The notes below the pieces were generated by a model that saw only the letters and a program-made list of their open reading frames with translations, was not told the DNA's origin and made no database searches. From NCBI GenBank assembly GCA_044225365.1, contig JBGAIQ010000036.1:1-56686 (forward strand): a DNA stretch of 56,686 bases, written 5' to 3'. Below are positions 9,677 through 19,571 of this stretch, in pieces. The stretch is from Planctomycetota bacterium. Its GTDB lineage: Bacteria; Planctomycetota; B15-G4; JADJEK01. Every line of letters starts with the position of its first letter. The first letter of the stretch is position 1. The position numbers and the translations under genes are program-made.

Positions 9677-10468
9677 TCAGGCATCTTCGATCCCACGCAG
9701 CACCGTGAGCGCGCCGAGCGCGGCGACGACGGCGGTATCGACGCGCAACGTACGAGCGCCGAGCGACGCGACACAGAATCCGTGCGCGACGAGGAGGTCG
9801 ATCTCGAACGGTACGAATCCGCGATCGGGACCGATCGCGAGGACGACGCGCTCGTCATCGCGAACGCGCATCTGCGCGAGAGGATCGCGAGCCGCGGGAT
9901 CGAGCACGATCCTCCGCGCGTCGGAGAACGCGGCGTCGAGCCGGTCCTCCACGAACGGCCGGAACAACGGTTCGACGACGATGTGCGGCAGGCAGGTATG
10001 AGCACCTTGCATCATCCCGTCGTGGAGCAGCGGCAGATAGTGCGCGGGCTCGAGGTACTGCGTCGAGAAGTACGGTTTCTCCACACGGGCGGCATTCAGG
10101 AGGACGATGCGATCGACCTCGAACTGCGAGACCTGCGACAGGAGTCGCTTGAGGGCCTTCGGACGCGGCAATGCGATGAGGAGATCGAGGGGCGGGCGCG
10201 GCCTCTCGCCGCCCTCTTGCTGCGCCCCGTCGAGTTCGACCTCGAGATGGACTTCGAACAGGTCCTTTCCGTCGACCTCACGAATCGCGAGCACGATGCC
10301 CGTTCCATGCCGCCCGTTCACGAATCCGACACGCAGCGCGTCTCCGATCGACGATCGGAGCACGGACGCGATGTGCGCCGCACGATGATCGCGCAGGACG
10401 CATTGCGCGGGGTTCTGCGGGTCGACGTCGGACTCGAAGAGCAGGATCCGATTCATGTAGGTCGCCAC
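9677..10468 (-). CDS. rsmE: 16S rRNA m3U1498 methyltransferase
   Basis: HIASVLR, LPRPK, AIGPDRGF, SLGARTLRVDTA SPOUT motifs. Start may instead be the ATG at 10456. Confidence 0.9.
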   Translation of the reverse strand: MATYMNRILLFESDVDPQNPAQCVLRDHRAAHIASVLRSSIGDALRVGFVNGRHGTGIVLAIREVDGKDLFEVHLEVELDGAQQEGGERPRPPLDLLIALPRPKALKRLLSQVSQFEVDRIVLLNAARVEKPYFSTQYLEPAHYLPLLHDGMMQGAHTCLPHIVVEPLFRPFVEDRLDAAFSDARRIVLDPAARDPLAQMRVRDDERVVLAIGPDRGFVPFEIDLLVAHGFCVASLGARTLRVDTAVVAALGALTVLRGIEDA

Positions 10469-10509
10469 GAACTCGCGGTGCCGAGCGAGGAAAACGCTAT
10501 TCTCGCCCC

Positions 10510-11202
10510 ATGCGCCCGATTCGAGCCGTATTCCTCGACGCCGGCAACACGTTGTTCACCGAACGCGGATCGCGGGCGGCCATCTACGCCGCAGCATTGC
10601 GAAGGCGCGGTGTCGCCATCGACGACGAGACCATGAAGGAGCACATGGGTTTCGTCCACGCGCGCCTGCCCCGAACGATCGAGGGCCACTTCCGCTACAG
10701 CGAGGGTTGGTTTCGGGTGTTCGTGGAGAATGTCGCCGCGCTCGCGGGCTTCGCGCAGGATGTCTCGGACCTCACTCGCGAACTCGTCACGAGCTTCAAG
10801 AGCGCGGAGACGTTTCGGGTGTTCGACGACGTTCGCCCCACTCTGAAACGCATGAAGGGCGCGGGGATTCGCCTCGCGGTCGTGTCGAACTGGTCCCCTT
10901 CGTTGCCCGCGCTCCTCGGGAAGCTCGGATTCGGAAGCGACTTCGAGGTCATCGTTCCATCGGCCCTCGTCCGCATGGAGAAACCCGAGAGCGGGATCTT
11001 CCGCCGCGCACTGCAGGAGCTGCGCATCGCGCCGAGCGAAGCGATCCACGTCGGCGATCACCCGGTGAACGACATCGACGGAGCCGCCGCCGCCGGCATC
11101 GACTCCCGCCTTCTCGACCGAGCGGGTGAACATCCCGGGCATCCCTCACGCATCGCAGCGCTCACGGACGTGCTTCCGATCGTCGGTCTGCCGTCGATGT
11201 GA
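10510..11202 (+). CDS. HAD-IA family hydrolase (REG-2-like)
   Basis: Motif I FLDAGNTL; VVSN; EKP; HVGDHPVND. Confidence 0.9.
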   Translation: MRPIRAVFLDAGNTLFTERGSRAAIYAAALRRRGVAIDDETMKEHMGFVHARLPRTIEGHFRYSEGWFRVFVENVAALAGFAQDVSDLTRELVTSFKSAETFRVFDDVRPTLKRMKGAGIRLAVVSNWSPSLPALLGKLGFGSDFEVIVPSALVRMEKPESGIFRRALQELRIAPSEAIHVGDHPVNDIDGAAAAGIDSRLLDRAGEHPGHPSRIAALTDVLPIVGLPSM

Positions 11203-11213
11203 ATCCGCTATGC

Positions 11214-11247
11214 AAACGAAAACGGGCGCGCTGTCGCACGCCCGTTC
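11214..11247 (-). terminator. Intrinsic terminator between convergent genes
   Basis: Minus strand reads GAACGGGCGTGC-GACA-GCGCGCCCGTTTTCGTTT: stem with one G.U pair, then a U-rich tail. Confidence 0.65.
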
Positions 11248-11286
11248 TTCACGTTCGTCCGCACCCTTGCGGTGCGCCGAAGGCGA

Positions 11287-11847
11287 TCACTGCGCCGAAG
11301 CGGCCTTGATCGAGAACGGGATCACGGATCCCATCTTGCCGTAGCCGATCGCGAGCTTGTAGTCGTGCTCGCCGGCCGACATCAGGTTGAACGTGAGGTG
11401 GTCGAACTCGACCGCGCTATCGACCGTCTTGAGGTTGACCTTGCCGGCCTGCTTGTCGCCGCTCATGAGCCGCATCGTCCAGCTCGCGTCCGGGTTCATC
11501 ACGAACGAGATGCCGTACTTGCCCTTCGGCAGCGTGTGCTCCTTGGTGGTCGTGTAGACGACGTCGGCGGGAAGCGTGAGTTCGGCCTGCAGCTTGCCCG
11601 GCATCATCTTCGCCCACATGTCGCGCGCGGCCTGGTCTTCCTTCATCGCGTCGACCTGCTTCTGGCTGAACTTCACCGTGCGGTAGGTCAGCGAGATCGC
11701 GTCGCCCGACTTGTCGTCGGTGACGATCGACGTCGTCGCCTTGTGGGAATCCGGCGCCGCCGGCATCTGCTGGGCCTGGAACGCGTAGACGGCACTTCCG
11801 AGCGCGAGCGCACCGACGAACGAAACGAACTTCATGCTGATCTTCAT
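11287..11847 (-). CDS. Secreted protein, DUF2911-like
   Basis: GAGGAG before the ATG at 11847; signal peptide; ISLTY, TLPKGKYGI, WTM and DHLTFNL resemble DUF2911. Confidence 0.65.
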   Translation of the reverse strand: MKISMKFVSFVGALALGSAVYAFQAQQMPAAPDSHKATTSIVTDDKSGDAISLTYRTVKFSQKQVDAMKEDQAARDMWAKMMPGKLQAELTLPADVVYTTTKEHTLPKGKYGISFVMNPDASWTMRLMSGDKQAGKVNLKTVDSAVEFDHLTFNLMSAGEHDYKLAIGYGKMGSVIPFSIKAASAQ

Positions 11848-11947
11848 GATCGAGCTCCTCTTCGAGTTTCTTTCAGGGCTGGTGACAAGGATTCTAACGC
11901 CGCCTCGTCCGCGCAAGAACGTCATGGGCGAGGGGCGAAATGGGGAT

Positions 11948-12436
11948 TCAGGCTTCGGAATCGTCGTGAAGCGTCCAGGTCTCGGGATCGAGTTGGATGT
12001 TGGCGGCCGCGATGTCGGAACGATCGACGATGGTCGCCGCGGCGACACCGAGCGTGACCGCCATCACCTCGGAGATCTCGGCGCGCGTCGCACCGTGCTT
12101 GATCGCCTTCTTGAGATGCCCGTCGAGGCAGTTCTTGCATCCCGTGGCGAGCGCCGCCGCGATGGCGATGAACTCCTTCGTCTTGCGATCGAGCGTGCTC
12201 TTGCCGTACGTGTGCTTGTAGAAGCTCATGTACAGCGACATCGTATCGCGCTCGAGGAGGGCGTACGACCGGATGCCGGCGCGCGCGCGGCCATCTCCTT
12301 CAGCAGCGGCGGTGCTGGCGCCATTGCCATTTACGGGAGGCGCGACGACCGGCTCCCGGGAGGCGTTCATCGAAACTGGGTTCTGCTTGCGGCCGCCGGC
12401 CTTCGCCGGTTTGCCGTTGCGATCAGGTCTCGCCAT
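11948..12436 (-). CDS. Carboxymuconolactone decarboxylase / AhpD-like protein
   Basis: LDRKTKEFIAIA..GCKNCLDGH..AIKHGATRAEISE; AAGGA upstream of the ATG. Confidence 0.88.
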   Translation of the reverse strand: MARPDRNGKPAKAGGRKQNPVSMNASREPVVAPPVNGNGASTAAAEGDGRARAGIRSYALLERDTMSLYMSFYKHTYGKSTLDRKTKEFIAIAAALATGCKNCLDGHLKKAIKHGATRAEISEVMAVTLGVAAATIVDRSDIAAANIQLDPETWTLHDDSEA

Positions 12437-12583
12437 CCGAGTCGGTCCTTCGTTGGTTGCTGCGCCTCCCGCCGATCCAGCGCGGAGGGTGGCTTGCTAC
12501 GTTCGAGAATGTAGAGAGTTCGAGCCTTTTTCGAGCGCTCAATCGGATTTGACTCGCCGGCCGGGGCGACGACTTCGCCCACC

Positions 12584-13705
12584 TCACCGCGCCGCAGCCC
12601 CCTCGCGGGGTCGTCGCTTGACGAGCATGTACCCCACGAACGCCGCGATCGCGATCAAGGCGACGACGTCGTAAACGTCCTCGAACCGCTCCCGGCGCCG
12701 CTTCAAGCGATCCTTCAGTCCGGAATCGAAGCGCGCCACGACCGTTCGCGCCTCCTCCTGCTCGCGCACGATGCGCGGAGCCTCGAATTCCATCGCCCGC
12801 CGCACTGCGAGTGCTGTCTCGTCCAGGCCCGCACTCCTCGCTCCCCGCAAGGGCGTCTGTTCGATCGCCTTCCCGATGCGACCGAGCGCGTCGCCGTCGG
12901 CGGAGAACAGCGCGGAGAGCACGGACGAGAACTCGGTGTGACCCTTCGGGAGGGCGACGCCCCGGATGACGGCGATCGACGAACCGAAGACCGGAATCGC
13001 GCTCATCCCGGGAGCCTCGGTCGCGTGCGCGGCGAACTCGCTGCGCGTCAGGATCGCGAAGGCCGGCGCCTCTTCTTCGCGGATGCGCGCGATTGCGGCG
13101 GCGGCGTTCGAGATCGCGGACGACTCGACGTTGCCCCCGAAGCCCACGAGCAGGTCGTCGATCGAACTCTCGTTGGCGACCGCGAGCCGCCCGAAGAACG
13201 CACCGAGGATGTTGCCGGCGGCGGGCGGAACGCAGAAGAACCGGCCGGAGAACCGCGCCCGGCACAGTTCCTCGGGCTCTCGCGGCAGGACGTCCGCGAC
13301 CGACGAGGCGAGTTCCCGCTTCACGGTCTCCTCGTCGATCACCGCCACGAGCGGGTCGGCGAACAACACGCGATAGCTCCCGTCCTGCGCATCGAGGGGA
13401 TGCGGATCGACGCCCACGATCGGTTCGAAGGGCGTCGCGGCTCCGATCGCGAGGAGATCGGGCAGGGGATATCCGAACAACGCGACGACATCGCCCGGAC
13501 TACTCGAACCGCTCGGGAGCTGCGTGCCAGAACCGAGATTCCAGGAGACGATCGCGAACCGACCCGGCGCGATGCGCTCGAGTTCGATGCGCAGGGCCTT
13601 CGCTCCGGCATCGGGGAGTCCGACGAGCACGGTCTGCGGCGGCGCACTTTCGGACCGTACCGCTTCCGCGGGGAGCGCGACGGAGAGAGCGAGGAGGACG
13701 ATCAT
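12584..13705 (-). CDS. Exported protein, distantly solute-binding-protein-like, with a C-terminal TM helix
   Basis: Signal peptide MIVLLALSVALPAEA; alpha/beta body; C-terminal VVALIAIAAFVGYMLVKRR. Confidence 0.55.
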   Translation of the reverse strand: MIVLLALSVALPAEAVRSESAPPQTVLVGLPDAGAKALRIELERIAPGRFAIVSWNLGSGTQLPSGSSSPGDVVALFGYPLPDLLAIGAATPFEPIVGVDPHPLDAQDGSYRVLFADPLVAVIDEETVKRELASSVADVLPREPEELCRARFSGRFFCVPPAAGNILGAFFGRLAVANESSIDDLLVGFGGNVESSAISNAAAAIARIREEEAPAFAILTRSEFAAHATEAPGMSAIPVFGSSIAVIRGVALPKGHTEFSSVLSALFSADGDALGRIGKAIEQTPLRGARSAGLDETALAVRRAMEFEAPRIVREQEEARTVVARFDSGLKDRLKRRRERFEDVYDVVALIAIAAFVGYMLVKRRPREGAAAR

Positions 13706-13841
13706 CGCGATCCGAGAAGGAGGGTCTTGGGAGCGACTTCGACGCGAGGCCGGAGTCGCCGGAGTCCATAGGGCGATCGGGAAACCACGAACTCTCATCG
13801 TCGTTCGCCTCACTCGACCTGAAATCCGATCGCGCGTTTCC

Positions 13842-15041
13842 TCACGTCTCGACGGACTCGACCACCGCGGGGGCCTTCACGCAAGCAACGAACACGGGCA
13901 GCGCGATGAGGGGCGCCGCCGTCGCGACCGCGATCACGAGCGGAAGCCCCCCGCTGCCGTAGCAACTGCCCGCCACGAGCGAGCCCGCCGCGAGGCCGAA
14001 ACCCGAGAACAGACTGTTCCACCCGACGAGGGTTCCGCGCAGTTGCGGCCCGCAGAGTTCGGTCAGGATCGCGGCGAACGGTCCTTGGCGGATCGCCGCG
14101 ACGAGGGCGACGAGCGCCGATGCCGCCACGAATCCGCGCAGCGACGAGGCGACGAGCACGATCGGAAGGGTCAGGAACGAGAGCGTGAGCGCGAAGATGA
14201 CGGCCTTGCGCTTGCCATGACGGTCGGCGAAGCGATGCGCGATCGCCGCTCCAAGGAGCGACGCGACTCCGAGCGCGAGGAATCCCAGGGCACGAGCGTC
14301 GTATGTCGCGCCGTACGAATCGACGGCGGCATCGGCGAACGACGTGATCACGGCGAACGCCGCGAACGTGTTGAGGAACGTGACCACGAGCGCGCCGCGA
14401 GCGCCCTTGGAGAGCAGCGCCGAACGCAGTTGTTCGATCCGACGCGTCGCGATGACGGAAGGTGCGATGCGCGGGGTCAAGGGCGCGAGGACGAAGAACG
14501 CGACGATCGCGATCACCGACAAGACGGGGAACACGAGCCGCAGGTGGAACTGCGCGAGCCAGCTCGAAAGCGGCATTCCGAGCACCGTCGCGGCGTAGCT
14601 CCCCGAGAGGACGAGCGCCATCGCCGAACCGCGTCGCGCGAACGTGACCGCATCCGCCGCGAGCGCCATCGCCGCGCTCGAGATGCCGCCCGTCGCGATG
14701 CCCGCGACCGCGCGCAGCACGAGGAACGGAAGGAAATCCGTCGCGAGGAACAACGCAGCGTTCGCGCTTCCGAACAGGAGCAGCGACCAGAGAAGCACCT
14801 TGCGACGTCCGATCCGATCGCACTGCATGCCGAGGACGAATCCCGACAGCGAGTAGCCGATCGTGTAGACCGCCATCAACGAGCGCACCTCGGTGTCGCC
14901 GACGTGGAGCGCCGCTTTCAGTTCGGGGAAGATCGGCGTGACCGCATGCGTGCCCGCCGCGGCCGCGAAGATCGCGAATGCGAGGGCCGGGATGAGCAGT
15001 CGCGCGGCAGGCGCGTTCGGAGGAGATGAGGTCGCGGTCAA
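13842..15041 (-). CDS. MFS transporter
   Basis: About 12 hydrophobic helices; motif A variants GMQCDRIGRRKV and ADRHGKRK; TTG start. Confidence 0.88.
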   Translation of the reverse strand: MTATSSPPNAPAARLLIPALAFAIFAAAAGTHAVTPIFPELKAALHVGDTEVRSLMAVYTIGYSLSGFVLGMQCDRIGRRKVLLWSLLLFGSANAALFLATDFLPFLVLRAVAGIATGGISSAAMALAADAVTFARRGSAMALVLSGSYAATVLGMPLSSWLAQFHLRLVFPVLSVIAIVAFFVLAPLTPRIAPSVIATRRIEQLRSALLSKGARGALVVTFLNTFAAFAVITSFADAAVDSYGATYDARALGFLALGVASLLGAAIAHRFADRHGKRKAVIFALTLSFLTLPIVLVASSLRGFVAASALVALVAAIRQGPFAAILTELCGPQLRGTLVGWNSLFSGFGLAAGSLVAGSCYGSGGLPLVIAVATAAPLIALPVFVACVKAPAVVESVET

Positions 15042-15168
15042 ATTCGTACCGTCGATCGGGAGCGTTCGGGCTCAGCTTTGCCGTGGACTCGGTCGATTCT
15101 CATCTCTTAGCATGCCGCGCCCTTCGCCTTACCCCCGTTTTCGGAACCCGAGCCTGAGGTCTTGAAGC

Positions 15169-16470
15169 ATGAAAGTCGCCATCGTCGGCGGCGGGATCTC
15201 GGGAGTCACCGCCGCTCGCCTCCTCGCCGAGCGCGGAGCCACCGTCGACATCTTCGAAGCCGAGAAAGAGCCCGGCGGACTTTGCCGATCCGACACGATC
15301 GACGGCTACGTCTTCGATCGCGCGGGCGGACACATCATGTTCACGAAGAGCGACTGGTGCCGCAACTTCTGGCACTCGCTCTTTCGTGACGACGAGATCG
15401 TCTCGAGTCAGCGCAACACGAAGATCCTGTATCGCGGTCGATACGTGCACTACCCGTTCGAGAACGGCCTGCACGACCTCGAGCCGGAGGAGCGGCTGCG
15501 CTGCCTCATGGGCTACATCGAAGCGTGGGTGAAGCGGCGCGACGGCGAAAAGGTTCCGGACAACTTCAAGGACTGGGTGCGCTATCGCATGGGCGATGGC
15601 ATCGCTGAAGGGTTCATGTTCCCGTACAACGAGAAGATCTGGAAAGCCGATCTCTCGACTGTCGGGATCGATTGGGTCGAGGGCCGGGTGCCCGACGCCC
15701 CATTGCAGGACGTCCTCTCCGCGGCGATGGGCCAGCGCGTCGAAGGCTACACCCATCAGATGAACTTCGAGTATCCGCGGCGCGGCGGGTTCCAGACGCT
15801 CTTCGATCGCATCCTCGCTCCGGTGGGACCGCGATTGCATCGCGGCCACCGCGTCGCGCGGATCGAGAAGCGCGGTGAGCAGTACTTCGTCGATGGCGCC
15901 GCGTACGACAAGGTGATCTCGACGATCCCGCTGCCGATCCTCGCCGACGTGCTCGTCGGATTCGACTCCAACTGCAAGGCCGCGGCGAAGGCGCTGCAGC
16001 ATCGCGCCGTCACGAGCGTCTTGATCGGGATCGACGCAGAGAGCGTTCAGCCGTATTCGTGGCTCTATCTCCCCCATGCCGAGCAGGGCCCGGCGAATCG
16101 CGTCACGTATCTGTCGAACTACTCGCCCGAGAATGCGCGAGCGGGGCGCGGCTCGATCCAGGCGGAGATCACGCACGACGGTCCTTTGCCGATCGATCAC
16201 GCCTATCTCGAACGACTCGCCGACGTCCTCGCCGCGCAGGGACTGTTCCGGCGCGACAGCGTCGACGTCATGCATCACTACGCGAACGAGTGGGCCTACA
16301 TCCTGTTCGATCGCGACTTCACGAAGAAGCGCGCACTCGCGATCCAGGGCGCCGAGGATCTCGGAGTGGTCCCGCTCGGGAGGTTCGGGCGCTTCGACTA
16401 CTTCAACTCCGATCAGTGCGTGGTGGCGGCGAAGCAGTGCGTCGACGCGATGCTGCCGCCTTCGACGTGA
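15169..16470 (+). CDS. FAD-dependent oxidoreductase, UDP-galactopyranose mutase / protoporphyrinogen oxidase-like
   Basis: VAIVGGGISG, PGGLCRS, FDRAGGH, PYNEKIWK, YPRRGG, GRFGRFDYFNSDQ; first gene of a glycosyltransferase operon. Confidence 0.85.
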   Translation: MKVAIVGGGISGVTAARLLAERGATVDIFEAEKEPGGLCRSDTIDGYVFDRAGGHIMFTKSDWCRNFWHSLFRDDEIVSSQRNTKILYRGRYVHYPFENGLHDLEPEERLRCLMGYIEAWVKRRDGEKVPDNFKDWVRYRMGDGIAEGFMFPYNEKIWKADLSTVGIDWVEGRVPDAPLQDVLSAAMGQRVEGYTHQMNFEYPRRGGFQTLFDRILAPVGPRLHRGHRVARIEKRGEQYFVDGAAYDKVISTIPLPILADVLVGFDSNCKAAAKALQHRAVTSVLIGIDAESVQPYSWLYLPHAEQGPANRVTYLSNYSPENARAGRGSIQAEITHDGPLPIDHAYLERLADVLAAQGLFRRDSVDVMHHYANEWAYILFDRDFTKKRALAIQGAEDLGVVPLGRFGRFDYFNSDQCVVAAKQCVDAMLPPST

Positions 16471-16493
16471 TCCGAGCGAAGACTCGTGACCGC

Positions 16494-17462
16494 ATGACAC
16501 CGCGCAAGGTCTCGATCGTCATCCCCACGCACAACGGAATGCCGTTGTTCAAGAACGTGCTCGACGCGATCGAGAAGCAGAAGTGCCGGATTCCGTTCGA
16601 TCTCTTCGTGATCGACACCGAGTCGAAGGACGGCACGTGGGAAGAACTCGAACGGCGGGGCGTGCGCCGCCAGCGCATCACGAAAGCGGAGTTCGATCAC
16701 GGAGCGACTCGCGCCCGCGCCGCGCGGCAGACCGACGGCGATCTGATCGTGTTCACCGTGCAGGACGCGACCCCCGCGAACGAGGCCTGGCTCGACGCCC
16801 TCGTCGACGCGGTCTCCTCGGGCGACGACGTCGCGGGCGCGTTCTCGCGGCAGATTCCGTATCCCGAATGCTCGCCGTTCCTGCGCGTGCGGCTCGAGCG
16901 GTGGGCCGCGGGCCGCACGCAGCGCGTCGTCAACCGGCTCGCGAAGGGCCAGCGCCTCGAAGATCTGCCTCCGCTCGAGCGACTCTTCCTCTGCGCGATG
17001 GACGACGTCGCATCGTGCGTCCGGCGTGACGTGTGGGAGCGCATTCCGACGCCGCGACGCCGCTTCGGCGAGGACGTCGCCTGGGGCAAATCCGTCATCG
17101 AAGCAGGACTCGCGCTCGTGTTCGAGCCGAACTCGGTCGTGGTCCATTCGCACGACGACGGCGCCTGGAAGGAATTCACGCGGATCTACCAGGACCACGC
17201 GAATCTCTTCGACCTCTTCGGCATTCTCACCGTGCCGACCTTCCGCGACGCACTCCGCAACAGCCTCGCTCAGTTCGGCGTCTACCGACGAATGATCGCG
17301 GAGCTCGCGCCGCCGGAGGGCACGCGCGAGGAGATGACCTGGTTCGCGCTCCGCTATGCGTTCGCCGAGACCTTCGCCCAGTGGCTCGGCGCGCGCTCCG
17401 TGCGAAAAGCGCCCCCCACCGGGATCTTCGCGTCCATCGAGCGACTCGTCGCGCCGGGCTGA
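16494..17462 (+). CDS. Glycosyltransferase family 2 (rhamnosyltransferase-like)
   Basis: VSIVIPTHNG, IDTESKDGT, FDHGATR, TVQDA, FGEDVAW, VVHSH. Confidence 0.88.
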   Translation: MTPRKVSIVIPTHNGMPLFKNVLDAIEKQKCRIPFDLFVIDTESKDGTWEELERRGVRRQRITKAEFDHGATRARAARQTDGDLIVFTVQDATPANEAWLDALVDAVSSGDDVAGAFSRQIPYPECSPFLRVRLERWAAGRTQRVVNRLAKGQRLEDLPPLERLFLCAMDDVASCVRRDVWERIPTPRRRFGEDVAWGKSVIEAGLALVFEPNSVVVHSHDDGAWKEFTRIYQDHANLFDLFGILTVPTFRDALRNSLAQFGVYRRMIAELAPPEGTREEMTWFALRYAFAETFAQWLGARSVRKAPPTGIFASIERLVAPG

Positions 17463-17538
17463 CGCTCGCCGTCGCGAATTCGCCTTCGAATCCCCCGTCC
17501 CCCTCGAAACCCCGCGCCCCCGCTGCCACAATGGCCGC

Positions 17539-18531
17539 ATGATCCTCGCGGGCGACATCGGCGGAACCAACACGCGTCTCATCCTCCTCGAGCCGGGTGC
17601 TCCCCTCGATCGCCCGATCGATCTCTTCGTCTACAAGAGCAACGATCACGACGGCATCGTCCACCTCGTGCGCGAATTCCTCGCGCGATCCGGCCAGCAT
17701 CCGACGGCCGCGGCGTTCGGGGTCGCGGGCCCCGTGATCGAAGGTCGAGCCCGGGCGACGAACCTGAAATGGATCGTCGATACCGCCGAGATCCGCGAGG
17801 CCCTGAAGACCGATCACGTACTCGTGAAGAACGACCTCGAGACGACGGGCGTCGGCCTCACGCGGCTGCCTGCGACGAGCTTCCGCGTCCTCAACGAAGG
17901 ATTCGCCGAGCCCGAGGGAAACGCGGCGCTGATCGCCGCCGGCACGGGACTCGGAAAGGCGATCCTGGTGCGGGAGAAGACGGGATTCCGCCCGATCCCG
18001 TCGGAAGGTGGTCACTCCGACTTCGGCCCCCGCGACGCCGAACAGGATGCGATCGTGGGTTGGATGCGTCGCAAGTACGGACACGTCTCGCACGAGCGCT
18101 TCGTCTCGGGACCCGGTCTCAAGAACCTCTACGACTACTGCGAATCGCGGGGCGACGCCGAGGACTCCGCGCTCTCCGAGAAGATCGCTTCCGCGGGCAA
18201 GGACGCACCGGCGCAGGTCGCGATCGCAGGGCTCGATCGCAAGAGCCCGCGCACGATCGCCGCGCTCGATCTGTTCGTGAAGGTCTACGCGCAGAGCGCT
18301 CAGACGCTCGCGCTCACGGCGCTCGCGACGGGTGGCATGTTCGTGGGCGGCGGGATCGCTCCGAAGATCCTCCCCGCGCTCGTGTCGGGTGCGTTCATCG
18401 AAGTGTTCAAGACGCATCCGATCCTCGGCGATCTCCTCGCACGAATCCCGGTCAAGGTCGCGCTCGACGATCGCGCGTCCTTGCTCGGAGCCGTGACGCT
18501 CGCCTCCGAGCTGTTGAATCCCCCGAAGTGA
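17539..18531 (+). CDS. glk: Glucokinase
   Basis: ILAGDIGGTNTRL, GVAGPV, TNLKW, NDLE, AGTGLG, SEGGH, ERFVSGPG, GGGIAPKI. Confidence 0.93.
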   Translation: MILAGDIGGTNTRLILLEPGAPLDRPIDLFVYKSNDHDGIVHLVREFLARSGQHPTAAAFGVAGPVIEGRARATNLKWIVDTAEIREALKTDHVLVKNDLETTGVGLTRLPATSFRVLNEGFAEPEGNAALIAAGTGLGKAILVREKTGFRPIPSEGGHSDFGPRDAEQDAIVGWMRRKYGHVSHERFVSGPGLKNLYDYCESRGDAEDSALSEKIASAGKDAPAQVAIAGLDRKSPRTIAALDLFVKVYAQSAQTLALTALATGGMFVGGGIAPKILPALVSGAFIEVFKTHPILGDLLARIPVKVALDDRASLLGAVTLASELLNPPK

Positions 18532-19571
18532 CCACGACGCACGCGAGCGAACCTCCGACGGCGACCCGCGACACCCCGTCGATCGCCGTCATCGTTCCGA
18601 ACTTCGATGGCGCGCATCTCCTCCCCGCCTGCCTCGACGCGCTGCTCGCGCAATCGCGACGACCGGACGAGATCGTCGTCGTCGACGACGCCTCGCGCGA
18701 CGACTCGCGAGCGCTGCTCGCACGCGCATACCCGCAGGTGCGCGTCATCGCTCTCGCGACGAATCGCGGGTTCCCCGGCGCGGTGAACGCCGGCGTCGCC
18801 GCGGCAAAGGCGGACTACGTCGCGCTCCTCAACAACGACGCGATCGCGGACCGCGAGTTCATCCATGCGCTGGCGGATGCGGCGGCGCGATACCCCGACG
18901 TCGACGCGTTCGCGTGCCTCATGCTGAAGGCCACGGCGCAGGGTCCGCTCCACCCGAGCCGGATCGACTCCGCGGGCCTCGCGCTCGCCTCCGGTTTCGC
19001 GCAGCTCTCGCGAGGCGACGGCGAACTCGACGGGAAGGAGTTCGATGCCGAGCGCGAAGTGCTCGGTTCGTGCGGGGGCGCGGCGCTGTGGCGAAGATCG
19101 ACGTTCGAGGCCTTGCACGGTTTCGACGAGCGCTACGTCGCCTACTTCGAGGACTACGATCTCGCATTGCGGCTCCTGCTCGCGAACGGGCGCACGGTGT
19201 ACGTGCGCGCAGCGAAGGTCCATCATCTCGGGTCGGCGACGCTCGGGCGCCACTCCGCGCGCGGAACCTACCTCTACGCCCGAAATTCGCTTTTCCTGAT
19301 CGGCACCGCGATCCCGTTCGCGAACTACGCTCGGGAGATGATCGCCGTCGAGTGGCGTTGCGTACGAATGTTGGTCCTCGCGCTCCGACGCGGTCGCTTC
19401 CTCGCCTGCCTCGCCGGTCTCGTCGTCGGCAAGTTCCTGCTCCTGCGCGAATGCTTGCGCCGCGCGGGTCGTCCCCTCGCGAGCGATGCGAGAGCGAGGG
19501 CGAGACTCACCGCCTACTTGCGCGAGGGCGACGCCGAGCGACGCACGAACCAACAGCGGAGAGCCGAATGA
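18528..19571 (+). CDS. Glycosyltransferase family 2
   Basis: GTG overlaps the glk stop (GTGA); VIVPNFDG, VVVDDAS, NRGF..AVNAG, LLNND, FDERY..YFEDYD. Confidence 0.88.
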   Translation: MTTTHASEPPTATRDTPSIAVIVPNFDGAHLLPACLDALLAQSRRPDEIVVVDDASRDDSRALLARAYPQVRVIALATNRGFPGAVNAGVAAAKADYVALLNNDAIADREFIHALADAAARYPDVDAFACLMLKATAQGPLHPSRIDSAGLALASGFAQLSRGDGELDGKEFDAEREVLGSCGGAALWRRSTFEALHGFDERYVAYFEDYDLALRLLLANGRTVYVRAAKVHHLGSATLGRHSARGTYLYARNSLFLIGTAIPFANYAREMIAVEWRCVRMLVLALRRGRFLACLAGLVVGKFLLLRECLRRAGRPLASDARARARLTAYLREGDAERRTNQQRRAE

